A DNA stretch of 64,000 nt from Alphaproteobacteria bacterium (GCA_965248765.1 CBDFKF010000003.1:653777-717776), one strand, 5' to 3'. Positions 31,323 through 41,654 are shown, numbered from the stretch's first letter. Notes: generated by a model not told the origin, from the letters alone. Made by a program: numbers and translations.

Positions 31323-32274
31323 CGAGGATGCAGGCCATACGATGTCCGGCGCCGAGGTCGACCACCGGCGGCTGCTCCTCGCAAATTGGCTGGGCGTAAG
31401 GGCAGCGCGGATGAAACCGGCAGCCCGCTGGTGCCGCCGTATAGTCAGGCACCATGCCGTCGATCGGGCGCGGCAGACTGCCTCCTGTCAATTTGGGCAC
31501 CGCATCGAGCAAAGCACGCGTATACGGATGCGCGGGCCGTGAGAACAGCGTCTCGACGTCCGCCTCCTCGACGATCGAGCCCGCGTACATCACATAGACG
31601 CGCTGGGCGAACTCACGGACGACACCGAGATTGTGGGTGATGATGAGGACCGCCGCCTGCGATTCCTCTGTGAGTTCCCGCATCAAGAGCAGCGTTTGTT
31701 CCTGGACGGTCACATCGAGCGCAGAGCCGGGCTCGTCGGCAAGCACGAGCTCCGGTCGGTTGACCAGCGCCATCGTGATCAAGACGCGTTGCGCGAGCCC
31801 GCCGGAGAGCTGGAACGGATAGGCCGCGAGGACACGGTCCGGATCGACGATCGCGACCCGGCGCAAGGCCTCGCAGGCGATCTCGTAGGCCTCTTGCCTG
31901 CCCTGTGCGCCGCCGCCGCGCCGGATCACGTTCAGTAGCTGATCGCGGATCGTGAACACCGGGTTCAACGCCGCGGTAGGATCCTGGAAGATCATGGAAA
32001 TACGCCGCCCGCGGATCCCACCCCAAGCGCTCTCGCGGAGCCCCACGAGCTCTTCGTCGTGAAAGCGGATCGAGCCGGCGATCGAGACGTTGCGTTGGCG
32101 TAGCAAGCCGAGGATCGCGCGCACCGTCACTGACTTGCCGCAGCCCGACTCGCCGACGATCGCCACCCGCTCGCCCTTCTCCACCCGCAGGTTGATGCCG
32201 TTGAGCACGTGCGAGAGGCCCTCGAACATCGAGAACCGAAGGTGCAGATCCGCGATCTCTAAGAGCGGCGCCAC
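31285..32274 (-). CDS. peptide-type ABC transporter ATP-binding protein (DppD/OppD-like)
   Basis: Walker A GESGCGKS, signature LSGGLAQRVLITMAL, Walker B LADEPGSALD. C-terminal Cys pair. Confidence 0.85.
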   Translation of the reverse strand: MAPLLEIADLHLRFSMFEGLSHVLNGINLRVEKGERVAIVGESGCGKSVTVRAILGLLRQRNVSIAGSIRFHDEELVGLRESAWGGIRGRRISMIFQDPTAALNPVFTIRDQLLNVIRRGGGAQGRQEAYEIACEALRRVAIVDPDRVLAAYPFQLSGGLAQRVLITMALVNRPELVLADEPGSALDVTVQEQTLLLMRELTEESQAAVLIITHNLGVVREFAQRVYVMYAGSIVEEADVETLFSRPAHPYTRALLDAVPKLTGGSLPRPIDGMVPDYTAAPAGCRFHPRCPYAQPICEEQPPVVDLGAGHRMACILDAEPEQLGAARA

Positions 32275-32277
32275 GTT

Positions 32278-33126
32278 CTAGACCTCGACGTGAAGCACGT
32301 CGCGCAGGCCATCACCCAGTAAGCTGAAGCCAAGGACGATGACCATGATGCCGATGCTCGGGAACACCGGCATCCACCAACCGTCGGTGATAAAATCCAT
32401 GCCCTCCGCAACCATACGGCCGAGATCCGGGGTCGGCGGCTGGACCCCGAGGCCCACGAATCCGAGGGCGGCGACGATGATGATGACGAAGGCCATATCC
32501 AACGTCACCTTGGTCAGAATGCTGGGCACGCAGTTGGGGAGGATCTCGCGGAACAGGATGTGGGCGTGCGATGCGCCAACGACCCGGGCCGCCACCACGA
32601 AGTCCTCGGTACGGATGGAGCGGGTCAGGTTGTAGACCATGCGCGTGGTCCACGGCCACCATAGCGCCGAGATCGCGATCATGACGTTGACCATCGAGGG
32701 CGGCAGAACACCAACGATCGCCATTCCTAGGACCAGGGGCGGGAGTGCCAGGAAGATGTCTGTGAGCCGCATGACGACGGTCTCAATGCGCCCGCCGAAA
32801 TAGCCGCCAACGAGCCCGAGGATCACGCCGATCGGCACCGCTATCCCCAAAACGACGACCCCCAGGCCGAACGACACTCGGTAGGCGTGTACGAGCCGAG
32901 AAAAGACGTCGCGGCCCATGTTGTCGGTGCCGAACATATTGCGCTCGCCAGGTGGCGCGCTCGCGTTCTTGAAGTCCACGAACATGCCGGTGTGCTCGGG
33001 ATACGGCGTGACGTTGGGCGCGAACGTGGTGGCAAGAACGATGATGACGACGATCGCCAAGCCGACCACGGATAGCGGGTTCCGGGCGAACTGGTACCAC
33101 GCCCGGGACCGCCGCCAGATCCTCAC
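32278..33126 (-). CDS. peptide-type ABC transporter permease (DppC-like); GTG start overlapping the upstream stop (GTGA)
   Basis: TM-rich. N-terminal WYQFARNPLSVVGLAIVVIIVL typical of DppC. The longer ORF to 33294 is an upstream in-frame extension. Confidence 0.75.
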   Translation of the reverse strand: MRIWRRSRAWYQFARNPLSVVGLAIVVIIVLATTFAPNVTPYPEHTGMFVDFKNASAPPGERNMFGTDNMGRDVFSRLVHAYRVSFGLGVVVLGIAVPIGVILGLVGGYFGGRIETVVMRLTDIFLALPPLVLGMAIVGVLPPSMVNVMIAISALWWPWTTRMVYNLTRSIRTEDFVVAARVVGASHAHILFREILPNCVPSILTKVTLDMAFVIIIVAALGFVGLGVQPPTPDLGRMVAEGMDFITDGWWMPVFPSIGIMVIVLGFSLLGDGLRDVLHVEV

Positions 33127-34148
33127 CGCGCCTCTCCTTGCAAGCGGATGCGCGGGTTGATGTAGGCGACCAGGAGATCGACCACGATGTTCACGACCAC
33201 GAACATCAAGCCGATCACGAGCACGGTGCCAACGATGGCGTTGAGGTCCTTTTGCAGTATCGCGTAGACGCCGTAGCGCGCTAGGCCCGGCCAATTGAAC
33301 ACGACCTCGACCAGGAAGGCCGAGCCCAGCATGACCGAAAAATCGAGCCCCAGAACCGTGAGCGTCGGGATCATCGCCGGCCTCAGCGCATACTTGAAAG
33401 CGATGGAGCGTTCCGAGAAGTTGAAGGCTCGCGCCATCTCAATGTATTGCCGGCCATAGGTTTCGACCATGTTGGCACGGGTGAGCCGGGCGGCTTGGCC
33501 GAGCCCAGCGAGCGCCAGCGCGATCGCCGGCAGGATCAGGTGCGAAAGCGCATCCCAAAACGCCCTCCCGTCTCCCGCCACCAGGGCGTCAAGCGTATAG
33601 AAGCCGCTGAAGTGCTCGGGCCTGATCATCGGGTCGACAAGTCGGCCCGCCACCGGCAACAGGCCGAGGGTGTGACCGAACACCAGCATCAGGATGATGG
33701 CCCAGACAAAGCTCGGGCTCACCACCCCCAACAGCGCAACGATCCGCGAGGCGTTGTCGATCGGTCCGTCTCGGTAGCGTGCCGCGACCACCCCGAGCGG
33801 GATGCCAAATACGATCATCACCACGCCGGCGGCGATGACGAGTTCCAAGGTCGCGGGCAGAAAATCGGCGATGTTCTGGGATACCGGGCTCTTGTGGAAG
33901 GTCGACTCGCCGAGATCTCCGCGCGACAGCCCCTTTAGGAACTCCCAGTACTGCACTGGGATCGGATCGTTTAGATGCAGTCGGTCGCGATAGAGATCGA
34001 CCATCTCTTGAGACGCCTTGTAGCCCAGTGCGAGCCGTGCCGGATCGCCCGGGATCACCCGCGCGACGACGAAGATCAGGATCGACAGCCCGATCATGAC
34101 CAGGGCGCCCAGGACGAGCCGCCGCCCAAGGAATCGCAGCACGATCAT
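33123..34148 (-). CDS. peptide-type ABC transporter permease (DppB-like)
   Basis: 341 aa. N-terminal MIVLRFLGRRLVLGALVMIGLSILIFVVARVIPGDPA typical of DppB/OppB. Confidence 0.85.
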   Translation of the reverse strand: MIVLRFLGRRLVLGALVMIGLSILIFVVARVIPGDPARLALGYKASQEMVDLYRDRLHLNDPIPVQYWEFLKGLSRGDLGESTFHKSPVSQNIADFLPATLELVIAAGVVMIVFGIPLGVVAARYRDGPIDNASRIVALLGVVSPSFVWAIILMLVFGHTLGLLPVAGRLVDPMIRPEHFSGFYTLDALVAGDGRAFWDALSHLILPAIALALAGLGQAARLTRANMVETYGRQYIEMARAFNFSERSIAFKYALRPAMIPTLTVLGLDFSVMLGSAFLVEVVFNWPGLARYGVYAILQKDLNAIVGTVLVIGLMFVVVNIVVDLLVAYINPRIRLQGEAR

Positions 34149-34234
34149 CGTCTGAACCTAGCGTCAAAAAAAGCAAGTGGCGGCGGCCACCGCTGGGCCG
34201 CCGCCACGTCTAAACCGATCCAACCGATAGGTTT

Positions 34235-35833
34235 TCAGTTGACCTCGGTGAGCCGGAAGTTGAAGTCGGCCCAGATAAAGCCTGTGAGCTTGGCCGGATC
34301 TTCGAAGGGAAGCGTGACGGCGTCGCGCTTCGCATAGACAGCGATCGAATCGAAGGCGAACACGTTGGGCTGTTCCGCGATGATCGCGCGCTGCACTTCC
34401 TTGTACAGATCCTCACGCTTGGCCGCATTGGTCTCCCCCCGCGCCGCTTCGAGCATCGCGTCGACCTTGTCGTTCAGCAGCCACTCCGTCGAGCTCCACA
34501 GGCCCTTGCCGCTCGAGTGGTACAGCTCGTAGAGAAGCGGATCGATGTCCGGCGTCGCCGCGTTGTGGATCACGAACTGGACGTTGCCAGAAGTCTCGAT
34601 CGCCCCGGCGCGCTCGATGAACGCGGGAAAGGTGAGCTCCGTGAGCTCGGCCTTGACGCCGATCTCGGCCAAGTTGGCAGCCACCAGAAGCGCGATCTTC
34701 TGGTGGAGGAAACAGCAAAGGTGCGAAATGACCTCGACCGGCGGCCAGGTATTGGCATCGTATTCCGCGAGTTCGAGTTCTTTCTTCGCCGCCGCCAAAT
34801 CGCGGCTTCCCGGCGTTAGGCCTTTGTCATAGCCCATCATGCCGCCGGGGATCGGGCCTCGAGCGGGGGCGCCGGCGAACAGGCCTTCCTTGATCTTGAT
34901 GATGTCCTGCAGTGCCTCGTAGTCGGTCGCGTACGCGAGCGCTCTACGAATGTGAACATTGTCGGTGGGCGCAAGCTTGGTGTTGATTTTGATATAGCCG
35001 GCGCCGGTCTGCGGCTCGCCTACCGCCGAGATGCCGTCGACCTTGTCGAGCGCGGAGTAGGTCTCGTAGGGCTGCCACATCGACGAGACGTCGTGCTCGC
35101 CGCGCTCCATCAGCGCCCGAAGGGTCGCCGGCTCGAGGCTGTAGCGCATGCGCGCCTCGTCGGGCGATTTGGGGCCGAATGGTAGCCAATATCCGTCGAA
35201 CCGCTTCATGACAGTGAGCTCTTGCTTGTTGTGCGAGATCACCGTGTAAGCGCCCGAGCCGGCGTCGTTGCTCTCCAGATAGGCGCGGCCATAGTCGCCG
35301 AGATCGCCAAAGTCGCCGTCCTTTATGTTAGCCAGCAACAGCTTCTTGTTAATGATTGGCAGTCGGACCAGGGCGGCCAGGAACGGCGCATAGGGCCGCT
35401 CCAGCGTAAACGTCACCGTGTGCGAGTCGGCCGCCTCGGCAGATTTCACCCAGCCCCTGAACAGATGCGAGTAACCGAGCGCGAGGGTGACCATCCGATC
35501 CAGCGAGAACACCACGTCTTCGGATGTCATGGGCGTCCCGTCGTGAAACTTCACGTCGGTCCGCATCTTGAAGGTGTGGACGAGCCCGTCGTCCGAGGAT
35601 GTCCAGCTCTCCGCCACGTGAGGGATGACTTTGCCGCCAGGGCCGACCCACACCAACGTGTCGTAGATATTGGACACCAGGATCAAATCGGCGAAATCGG
35701 TGGCGTGAGCCGGGTCGAACTCGCCGACTGCGGCCTCCTCCATGCTGAAGACGCGCTTGTCCTGCGCCTCAGCGACGGCCAGCGGCAAGGCAACGACCGC
35801 TGCTGCCACCGCGCCAATAATTCGCGATCTCAT
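34235..35833 (-). CDS. ABC transporter periplasmic substrate-binding protein, family 5 (DppA/OppA-like)
   Basis: 532 aa with signal peptide MRSRIIGAVAAAVVALPLAVAEA and family-5 SBP length and composition. Confidence 0.8.
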   Translation of the reverse strand: MRSRIIGAVAAAVVALPLAVAEAQDKRVFSMEEAAVGEFDPAHATDFADLILVSNIYDTLVWVGPGGKVIPHVAESWTSSDDGLVHTFKMRTDVKFHDGTPMTSEDVVFSLDRMVTLALGYSHLFRGWVKSAEAADSHTVTFTLERPYAPFLAALVRLPIINKKLLLANIKDGDFGDLGDYGRAYLESNDAGSGAYTVISHNKQELTVMKRFDGYWLPFGPKSPDEARMRYSLEPATLRALMERGEHDVSSMWQPYETYSALDKVDGISAVGEPQTGAGYIKINTKLAPTDNVHIRRALAYATDYEALQDIIKIKEGLFAGAPARGPIPGGMMGYDKGLTPGSRDLAAAKKELELAEYDANTWPPVEVISHLCCFLHQKIALLVAANLAEIGVKAELTELTFPAFIERAGAIETSGNVQFVIHNAATPDIDPLLYELYHSSGKGLWSSTEWLLNDKVDAMLEAARGETNAAKREDLYKEVQRAIIAEQPNVFAFDSIAVYAKRDAVTLPFEDPAKLTGFIWADFNFRLTEVN

Positions 35834-35949
35834 CTTCGTCCTCCCTTGTGGTTCAACGCTCTTTTTCGCGAGGATACTTGGGCGGGCCGAGTGCCGTCAA
35901 ACTCGACCGCGCCCCGATGGCAAGGAAGCTGTTGCTAGCCCGAGTAGCC

Positions 35950-35975
35950 GCGCACTATGTTTGCTAAATGTGCGC
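35950..35975. promoter_or_regulatory. imperfect inverted repeat gcgcac-N14-gtgcgc in the divergent promoter region between the family-5 SBP gene and the hyuB-hyuA-hyuB operon
   Basis: Read directly from the sequence. It lies ~45 bp upstream of the hyuB ATG at 36018. Confidence 0.3.
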
Positions 35976-36017
35976 GCCAACAATTTCCGGGCGAGTTACC
36001 AACACAGGACGGTAGGG

Positions 36018-37769
36018 ATGCAGCAAGCGGCGAGTACTACCCGCAACAACGGGACAACCGACCACGTCACCCTCGAGATCATCTGGGGCAAGCTGCGTGC
36101 GGCGGCCGACGAGATGGGCGTGGTTCTGGCGCGTTCGAGCATGAGTCCGGTTATCTACGAGGTCTTGGACTTCGCCTGCGGCATTTGCGATGCGCAAGCC
36201 CAGCTCGTCTCCCAGACCAACGGCATCACAGTCTTTACAGGCACCTTCCAGGGTCACGTCCAAACCGTGATCCGCAAGTTCGGCGGCGACATGCAGCCCG
36301 GCGACATCCTCATGGTGAACGACCCGTTCACCGGCGGCACCCATCTGTCGGACGTCGGCATCGTCAAGCCGGTCTTCGTCGACGGTGAGGTCCTCGCGTA
36401 CGCCATTGCCGTCGCGCACTGGACCGAGATCGGCGGCAGCGTGCCGGGCTCGCTGTCGCCCGAAGCCACCGAGATTTTCCACGAAGGCCTGCGCTTCCCC
36501 GGCCTCAAGATCTACCGCGAGGGTGAACCCCAGCAGGATCTGTTCGATCTCATCGCCGCCAACGTCCGCCTGCCAAAGATGACTCTTGGCGACCTCAACG
36601 CCGAGATCGCGGCGGTGAAGATCGCCGATACCCGCCTCCAGGAGATCTTCGGAAAGTATGGTGCTCAGGCCGTGATCGAGAGCTTTGAGCACCTGATGGA
36701 GCAAAGTGAGAAGGTGAGCCGCGCTGCGATCGCGGCATTGCCTGACGGCGTCTACGAAGCCAAAGACCTGATCGACGGCGATGGCTTCAGCGACGAGCAG
36801 ATCCCGGTTCAGGTCGAGGTCCGCATCGCCGGCGACGAGATCACCTTCGATTTCACCGGCACCAGTGCTCAGCGCAAAGGTCCTCTGAACTGCGCCCGTG
36901 GCGCCACCCTTTCGGCCGTCAAGACGGTCTTCAAAGCGCTGGTCGATCCGCAGGCGCCCTCCAACGAGGGATGGTTCCGACCGATCAACGTCGAAGTGCC
37001 GGACGGGACGGTGTTTAGCGCCGAGTACCCCCAGGCGGTCGGCTGGTACTTCGAGATGACGGGGCAGATCTCCGAGCTGGCCTGGAAGGCGCTGGCGCCG
37101 CTCGCGCCAGAGCGCTTCAGCGTTGGCAGCTTCATGAGCCTCTGCGCCACCATCTTCTATGGCACATCGCCCGAAAATGACGAGCAATTCGTCATCGTCG
37201 AGCCACATATGGGTGGCTGGGGCGCGACCCACGACCAGGACGGCGCGAGCGTTCTGATCGGCACCGCCGACGGTGATACCTACAACTATTCGGTGGAATT
37301 GCTGGAGGCGAAGTACCCGGTGCGCTGTCAGCGCTACGCCATGAACGTGGAGGACGGCGCTGGCCCGGGCCGTCATCGCGGTGGCTTCGGCGTGGTGCGG
37401 GAGTACGAGATGCTTGCCGAGAATGTGCATCTCTACGCCAGCCTGGGGCGCTCAGTCGAGCGCCCGTGGGGTCTCGCGGGCGGCGGCCACGGCACCAACA
37501 ATTACCTCGAGGTGGTAAGCAACGGGGATCGCTGGCGCGGCGCGCGCGTTCCGACCACCCAGCTGAAACGTGGCGATTACGTCCGTATCGTTACCGGCGG
37601 CGGCGGTGGCTACGGCATTGCGGCCGAACGGCCGGCTGAGGACGTGGCCGAGGACGTGAGCGACGGTTTCTTGACCGCGGAGCGAGCCCGCGAGCAGTAC
37701 CAGGTCGTGCTCGGGACCGACGGTGCCGTCGATCGGAACGCCACCGCGGCGCTCCGTCAAGCCGGCTAG
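36018..37769 (+). CDS. hyuB: HyuB paralog 4 (start at internal Met MQQAASTTRNN of ORF 35742..37769)
   Basis: DHVTLEIIWGKL...NDPFTGGTHLSD...VTGGGGGYG. About 75% identical by eye to paralog 5 at 39825. Confidence 0.9.
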   Translation: MQQAASTTRNNGTTDHVTLEIIWGKLRAAADEMGVVLARSSMSPVIYEVLDFACGICDAQAQLVSQTNGITVFTGTFQGHVQTVIRKFGGDMQPGDILMVNDPFTGGTHLSDVGIVKPVFVDGEVLAYAIAVAHWTEIGGSVPGSLSPEATEIFHEGLRFPGLKIYREGEPQQDLFDLIAANVRLPKMTLGDLNAEIAAVKIADTRLQEIFGKYGAQAVIESFEHLMEQSEKVSRAAIAALPDGVYEAKDLIDGDGFSDEQIPVQVEVRIAGDEITFDFTGTSAQRKGPLNCARGATLSAVKTVFKALVDPQAPSNEGWFRPINVEVPDGTVFSAEYPQAVGWYFEMTGQISELAWKALAPLAPERFSVGSFMSLCATIFYGTSPENDEQFVIVEPHMGGWGATHDQDGASVLIGTADGDTYNYSVELLEAKYPVRCQRYAMNVEDGAGPGRHRGGFGVVREYEMLAENVHLYASLGRSVERPWGLAGGGHGTNNYLEVVSNGDRWRGARVPTTQLKRGDYVRIVTGGGGGYGIAAERPAEDVAEDVSDGFLTAERAREQYQVVLGTDGAVDRNATAALRQAG

Positions 37770-37774
37770 GCGGC

Positions 37775-39820
37775 ATGGGCCGCTTGGCCACCGATATCGG
37801 TGGCACGTTCACCGACCTCGTTCATTTCGATGAGCAAAGTGGCGAGCTGGCCGTCGCCAAGTCCCTCAGTACGCCAAGCGATCTCACCCAGGGCGTGCTC
37901 GATACCATACGCCTGTCGGAGATAGAGCCGGCGGACGTCACCTTCTTCGTTCATGGCGGGACCACCGTCATCAACGCCATCACCGAGCGCAAGGGGGTCA
38001 AGACGGCCCTGGTGACGACCGCCGGGTTCCGCGATGTGCTCGAGATTGCCCGCGGTAATCGGCCCGACATGTACAATCTCCGGTTCAAGAAACCCGTGGC
38101 CTTCGTGCCCCGTCGCATGCGCTATGAGGTGCGCGAACGCATGGACGTCGGCGGCAACGAGATCGAGCCGCTTAGGACCGAAGACCTCGATCCGGTGATC
38201 GAAAGCTGCAAGAGCCAGGATGTCGAGGCTGTCGCCATACAGTTCTTGCATAGCTATGCGGCCCCGGAGCACGAGGCCGCGTGCGCCGCATACCTGCGCC
38301 AGCGTTTGCCGGGTGTCGCAATCACCGCCTCGCACGAAATCACGCGCGAATGGCGCGAGTATGAGCGCGCCAATACCGTCGTCCTCAATGCCTACGTGCA
38401 ACCGATCGTGCAGCGCTATTTCAGCAAGCTCGAGAAGGCGCTCAAAGAACACGGCTTGAATTGCCCCTACACGGCAATGCAGTCCAACGGCGGAACGACG
38501 ACGTTCGCCTGGGCCAAGGAGCATCCGATAACGTTGATCGAGTCCGGCCCTGCGGCCGGTGTCAACGGCGCGGCATTGGTCGGCGAGCTGTGCGCCCACC
38601 CCAATGTCATCTACCTCGATGTGGGCGGCACGACGGTGAAGTGCTCGCTGATCGAGGCCGGCGAGCCGAAGGTCACTACCGATTACAAGCTTGAGTGGAC
38701 GCGGCTCAATCCCGGCTATCCGGTGCGGGTGCCGGTTACCGATCTGGTTGAGATCGGCGCCGGGGGTGGCTCGATCGCCTGGTTCGATGCCGCCGGGTCC
38801 CTGCGCGTCGGGCCACAGAGCGCCGGTGCCGACCCCGGCCCTGCGTGTTACGGCCGCGGCGGCGAGGCGCCTACGGTCACCGATGCGAAGCTGCTGACCG
38901 GTGTCATCAACCCCGGCTACTTCGCAGGCGGACAGTTCGATCTCGATCTCGATCGGGCGGGAAAGGCCATGCAGACGATCGCGGACGGGCTCGGCTGCGG
39001 TGTCGAGGAGGCGGCGAATGCGGTGATCCGCTTGGTCGAAGCCAATATGAACGATGCGCTGAAGCTGGTGTCGATTCAGCGTGGCCACGATCCGCGCGAT
39101 TTCATTCTGGTCGCGGCGGGCGGCGGCGGTCCGATGCACGCCGCCCCACTCGGCCGCGAGCTCGGCGTCAAGGAAATCGTTATTCCCCGCTACCCCGGCA
39201 ACTTCTCGGCGTGGGGGATGCTGGCAACCGAGCCGCGACGGGACTTCGCCCTGACGGCGCTGACCCGGGCCGAGGACGTGACGATGGAGGCGATCCGGGC
39301 GCGTTTTGACGAGCTGGAAGGCGAGGCTACAACCTATTTCCGGTCGGATGAGGGGCTTGCCGCCAGCGAACTCTCGTTCAACCGCCAGATCGATCTCCGC
39401 TATCACGGGCAGGAGCACTCGGTAACGGTGCCCCTCGCCGAGTCCGCCTCGGACCTTGCGACCCTCTTGGAGGACTTCCATGCCGCGCACGTTAGGGCCT
39501 ACACCTTCAAGCTGACCGATACGCCGGTCGAATTCGTCACCTTCCGGCTGACAGCAACGGCAGCCGTCCCGAGACCGACTGTCAACCCGATCGGCATCGA
39601 TGGCCGCTCGGCCGACGCAGCGCGCAAAGGTAAGCGTACGGCCGATTTTGGCGAGGACGGACCGCGCGAGGCCGAGGTCTTCGAACGAGATCTGTTGCCA
39701 CCAGGCTTCACCGCTGACGGGCCACTGGTCGTAGAGGAAGCCTCCTCCACCGCGACAGTCCATCCCGGCCAACGTCTGCGCGTCGACGATCTCGGCTTCC
39801 TGCGGATCAGCGAGATCTGA
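37775..39820 (+). CDS. hyuA: HyuA 2
   Basis: 681 aa. MGRLATDIGGTFTDLV... LDVGGTTVKCSL. Confidence 0.9.
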   Translation: MGRLATDIGGTFTDLVHFDEQSGELAVAKSLSTPSDLTQGVLDTIRLSEIEPADVTFFVHGGTTVINAITERKGVKTALVTTAGFRDVLEIARGNRPDMYNLRFKKPVAFVPRRMRYEVRERMDVGGNEIEPLRTEDLDPVIESCKSQDVEAVAIQFLHSYAAPEHEAACAAYLRQRLPGVAITASHEITREWREYERANTVVLNAYVQPIVQRYFSKLEKALKEHGLNCPYTAMQSNGGTTTFAWAKEHPITLIESGPAAGVNGAALVGELCAHPNVIYLDVGGTTVKCSLIEAGEPKVTTDYKLEWTRLNPGYPVRVPVTDLVEIGAGGGSIAWFDAAGSLRVGPQSAGADPGPACYGRGGEAPTVTDAKLLTGVINPGYFAGGQFDLDLDRAGKAMQTIADGLGCGVEEAANAVIRLVEANMNDALKLVSIQRGHDPRDFILVAAGGGGPMHAAPLGRELGVKEIVIPRYPGNFSAWGMLATEPRRDFALTALTRAEDVTMEAIRARFDELEGEATTYFRSDEGLAASELSFNRQIDLRYHGQEHSVTVPLAESASDLATLLEDFHAAHVRAYTFKLTDTPVEFVTFRLTATAAVPRPTVNPIGIDGRSADAARKGKRTADFGEDGPREAEVFERDLLPPGFTADGPLVVEEASSTATVHPGQRLRVDDLGFLRISEI

Positions 39821-39824
39821 TCGG

Positions 39825-41582
39825 ATGGCGGAAGAGGCGCCGCGCTCTGACACCGACGTGACGGGCGCGAGCGACCACGTCACCCTCGAGATCATCTGGG
39901 GCAAGTTGAACGCGGCCGCTGATGAGATGGCCATCATCCTCGCGCGCTCGAGCATGAGCCCGGTCGTCTATGAGGTGCTCGACTTCGCCTGCGGCATCTG
40001 CGACGCCAACGCCCAGCTCTTATCGCAGGCGAACGGCATTACGGCGTTCACCGGGACCTTCCAGGGGCATGTGCAGACGGTGATCGGCAAATGCGGCGAA
40101 TCGCTGTCCGAGGGTGACATCTACCTCGTCAACGACCCCTTCACCGGCGGCACGCATCTCAGCGACGTCGGTGTGGTGAAGCCGATCTTCGCTGGCGGTG
40201 AGCTGGTTGCCTTCGCCATCGCGGTATCCCACTGGACCGAGCTCGGCGGCACCGTGCTCGGGTCGCTGTCACCGGCGGCGACGGAGATCTATCACGAGGG
40301 TCTGCGCTTCCCGGCACTGAGGATTCACCGCGACAATCAACCGCTGGAGGACATGTACGCGGTCATCGCCGCTAATGTGCGCATGCCCAAGGAGACGCTC
40401 GGCGACATCAACGCCTCGGTAGCCTCGGTCAACGTCGCCGAGGCCCGCATCCAGGAACTGTTCAAGCGCTATGGGCGCGAGGCGGTGGTACGGACTTTCG
40501 CTCACCTCATGGGCCAGAGCGAGAAAGTGAGTCGGGCGACCATCGCGGCGCTGCCCGATGGCGTGTACGAAGCCGAAGACTGGATCGACGGCACGTCGTT
40601 CTCGCAGGAACGGGTTCCCATCCGCATCGCCGTGGGCATCGCCGGCGAGGACATCACCTTCGACTTCACGGGCTCGAGCCCGATGCAAAAGGGTCCCTAC
40701 AACTGCTCGCGCGGGGCCCTCCTGTCAGCGGTGAAGACCGTATTCAAGGCCATGGTTGGGCCGCATGCGCCGTCGAACGAGGGCTGGTTCCGGGCGCTGC
40801 ACGTGATCGTGCCGGAGGGCACGGTGTTCAGCGCCACCTACCCGCATGCGGTCGGGTGGTGCATCGAGATCATGGAGCAGGCACAAGAACTGGCGTGGAA
40901 GGCGCTCGCGCCGCTCGCGCCGGATCGCTTCAGCGTTGGCAACTACATGAGTATCAGCGCCACGTTCGTATGCGGCAACGAGCCGACCACCGGGAACCCC
41001 TTCGTCATCATCGAGCCACACATTGGCGGCTGGGGCGCCACCGATTCGTGGGACGGCGCGAGCGCTCTGATCGCCCCGATCGACGGCGATACCTACAACT
41101 ACTCGATCGAGTTGCTGGAAGCGAAGTACCCGGTGCGCTGCCGCCGCTACGCCCTAAATGTCGAGGGAGGAGTTGGCCCGGGCCGCTTCCGTGGCGGCTA
41201 CGGGGTTGTGCGAGAATACGAGATTCTCGCTGACGATGTGATCTTCTACGCCGGCGTCGGTCACTCGATCGAGCGCCCCTGGGGGCTCGAGGGTGGCGGA
41301 CAAGGCAGTGTCAATTACGTCGAGGTGCACTCCAATGGCGGCAGCTGGCGCGGCGCACGCGTGCGCGAGACCCCGATCGGGCGCGGCGACCTGATTCGCA
41401 TCGTTACCGGTGGTGGTGGCGGCCACGGCGACCCGCGACAGCGGTCCGAACAGGCGGTTGCCGACGACGTGGTGGACGGCTACTTGACTGCCGAGGCGGC
41501 ACGCGCGGCCTATCATGTGTCGATCGAAGCCGACGGGACCATCGACGCCGAGGCAACCGCCGCGCTCCGTCGCGGCCCCTGA
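39825..41582 (+). CDS. hyuB: HyuB paralog 5
   Basis: 585 aa. Same subfamily as paralog 4. C-terminal VTGGGGGHGDP. Confidence 0.9.
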   Translation: MAEEAPRSDTDVTGASDHVTLEIIWGKLNAAADEMAIILARSSMSPVVYEVLDFACGICDANAQLLSQANGITAFTGTFQGHVQTVIGKCGESLSEGDIYLVNDPFTGGTHLSDVGVVKPIFAGGELVAFAIAVSHWTELGGTVLGSLSPAATEIYHEGLRFPALRIHRDNQPLEDMYAVIAANVRMPKETLGDINASVASVNVAEARIQELFKRYGREAVVRTFAHLMGQSEKVSRATIAALPDGVYEAEDWIDGTSFSQERVPIRIAVGIAGEDITFDFTGSSPMQKGPYNCSRGALLSAVKTVFKAMVGPHAPSNEGWFRALHVIVPEGTVFSATYPHAVGWCIEIMEQAQELAWKALAPLAPDRFSVGNYMSISATFVCGNEPTTGNPFVIIEPHIGGWGATDSWDGASALIAPIDGDTYNYSIELLEAKYPVRCRRYALNVEGGVGPGRFRGGYGVVREYEILADDVIFYAGVGHSIERPWGLEGGGQGSVNYVEVHSNGGSWRGARVRETPIGRGDLIRIVTGGGGGHGDPRQRSEQAVADDVVDGYLTAEAARAAYHVSIEADGTIDAEATAALRRGP

Positions 41583-41609
41583 ATAATCCAGGTTAAATCG
41601 CTAAAGTCG

Positions 41610-41629
41610 GGGTGAGCCTATGCTCACCC
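41610..41629 (+). promoter_or_regulatory. intergenic hairpin gggtgagc-ctat-gctcaccc between HyuB paralog 5 and the MetE-like gene
   Basis: Perfect 8-bp stem with a 4-nt loop, read directly. There is no downstream U-run, so it is not a classical terminator. Confidence 0.35.
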
Positions 41630-41654
41630 GAACCAACTTCCGGGAGGACTCGCC

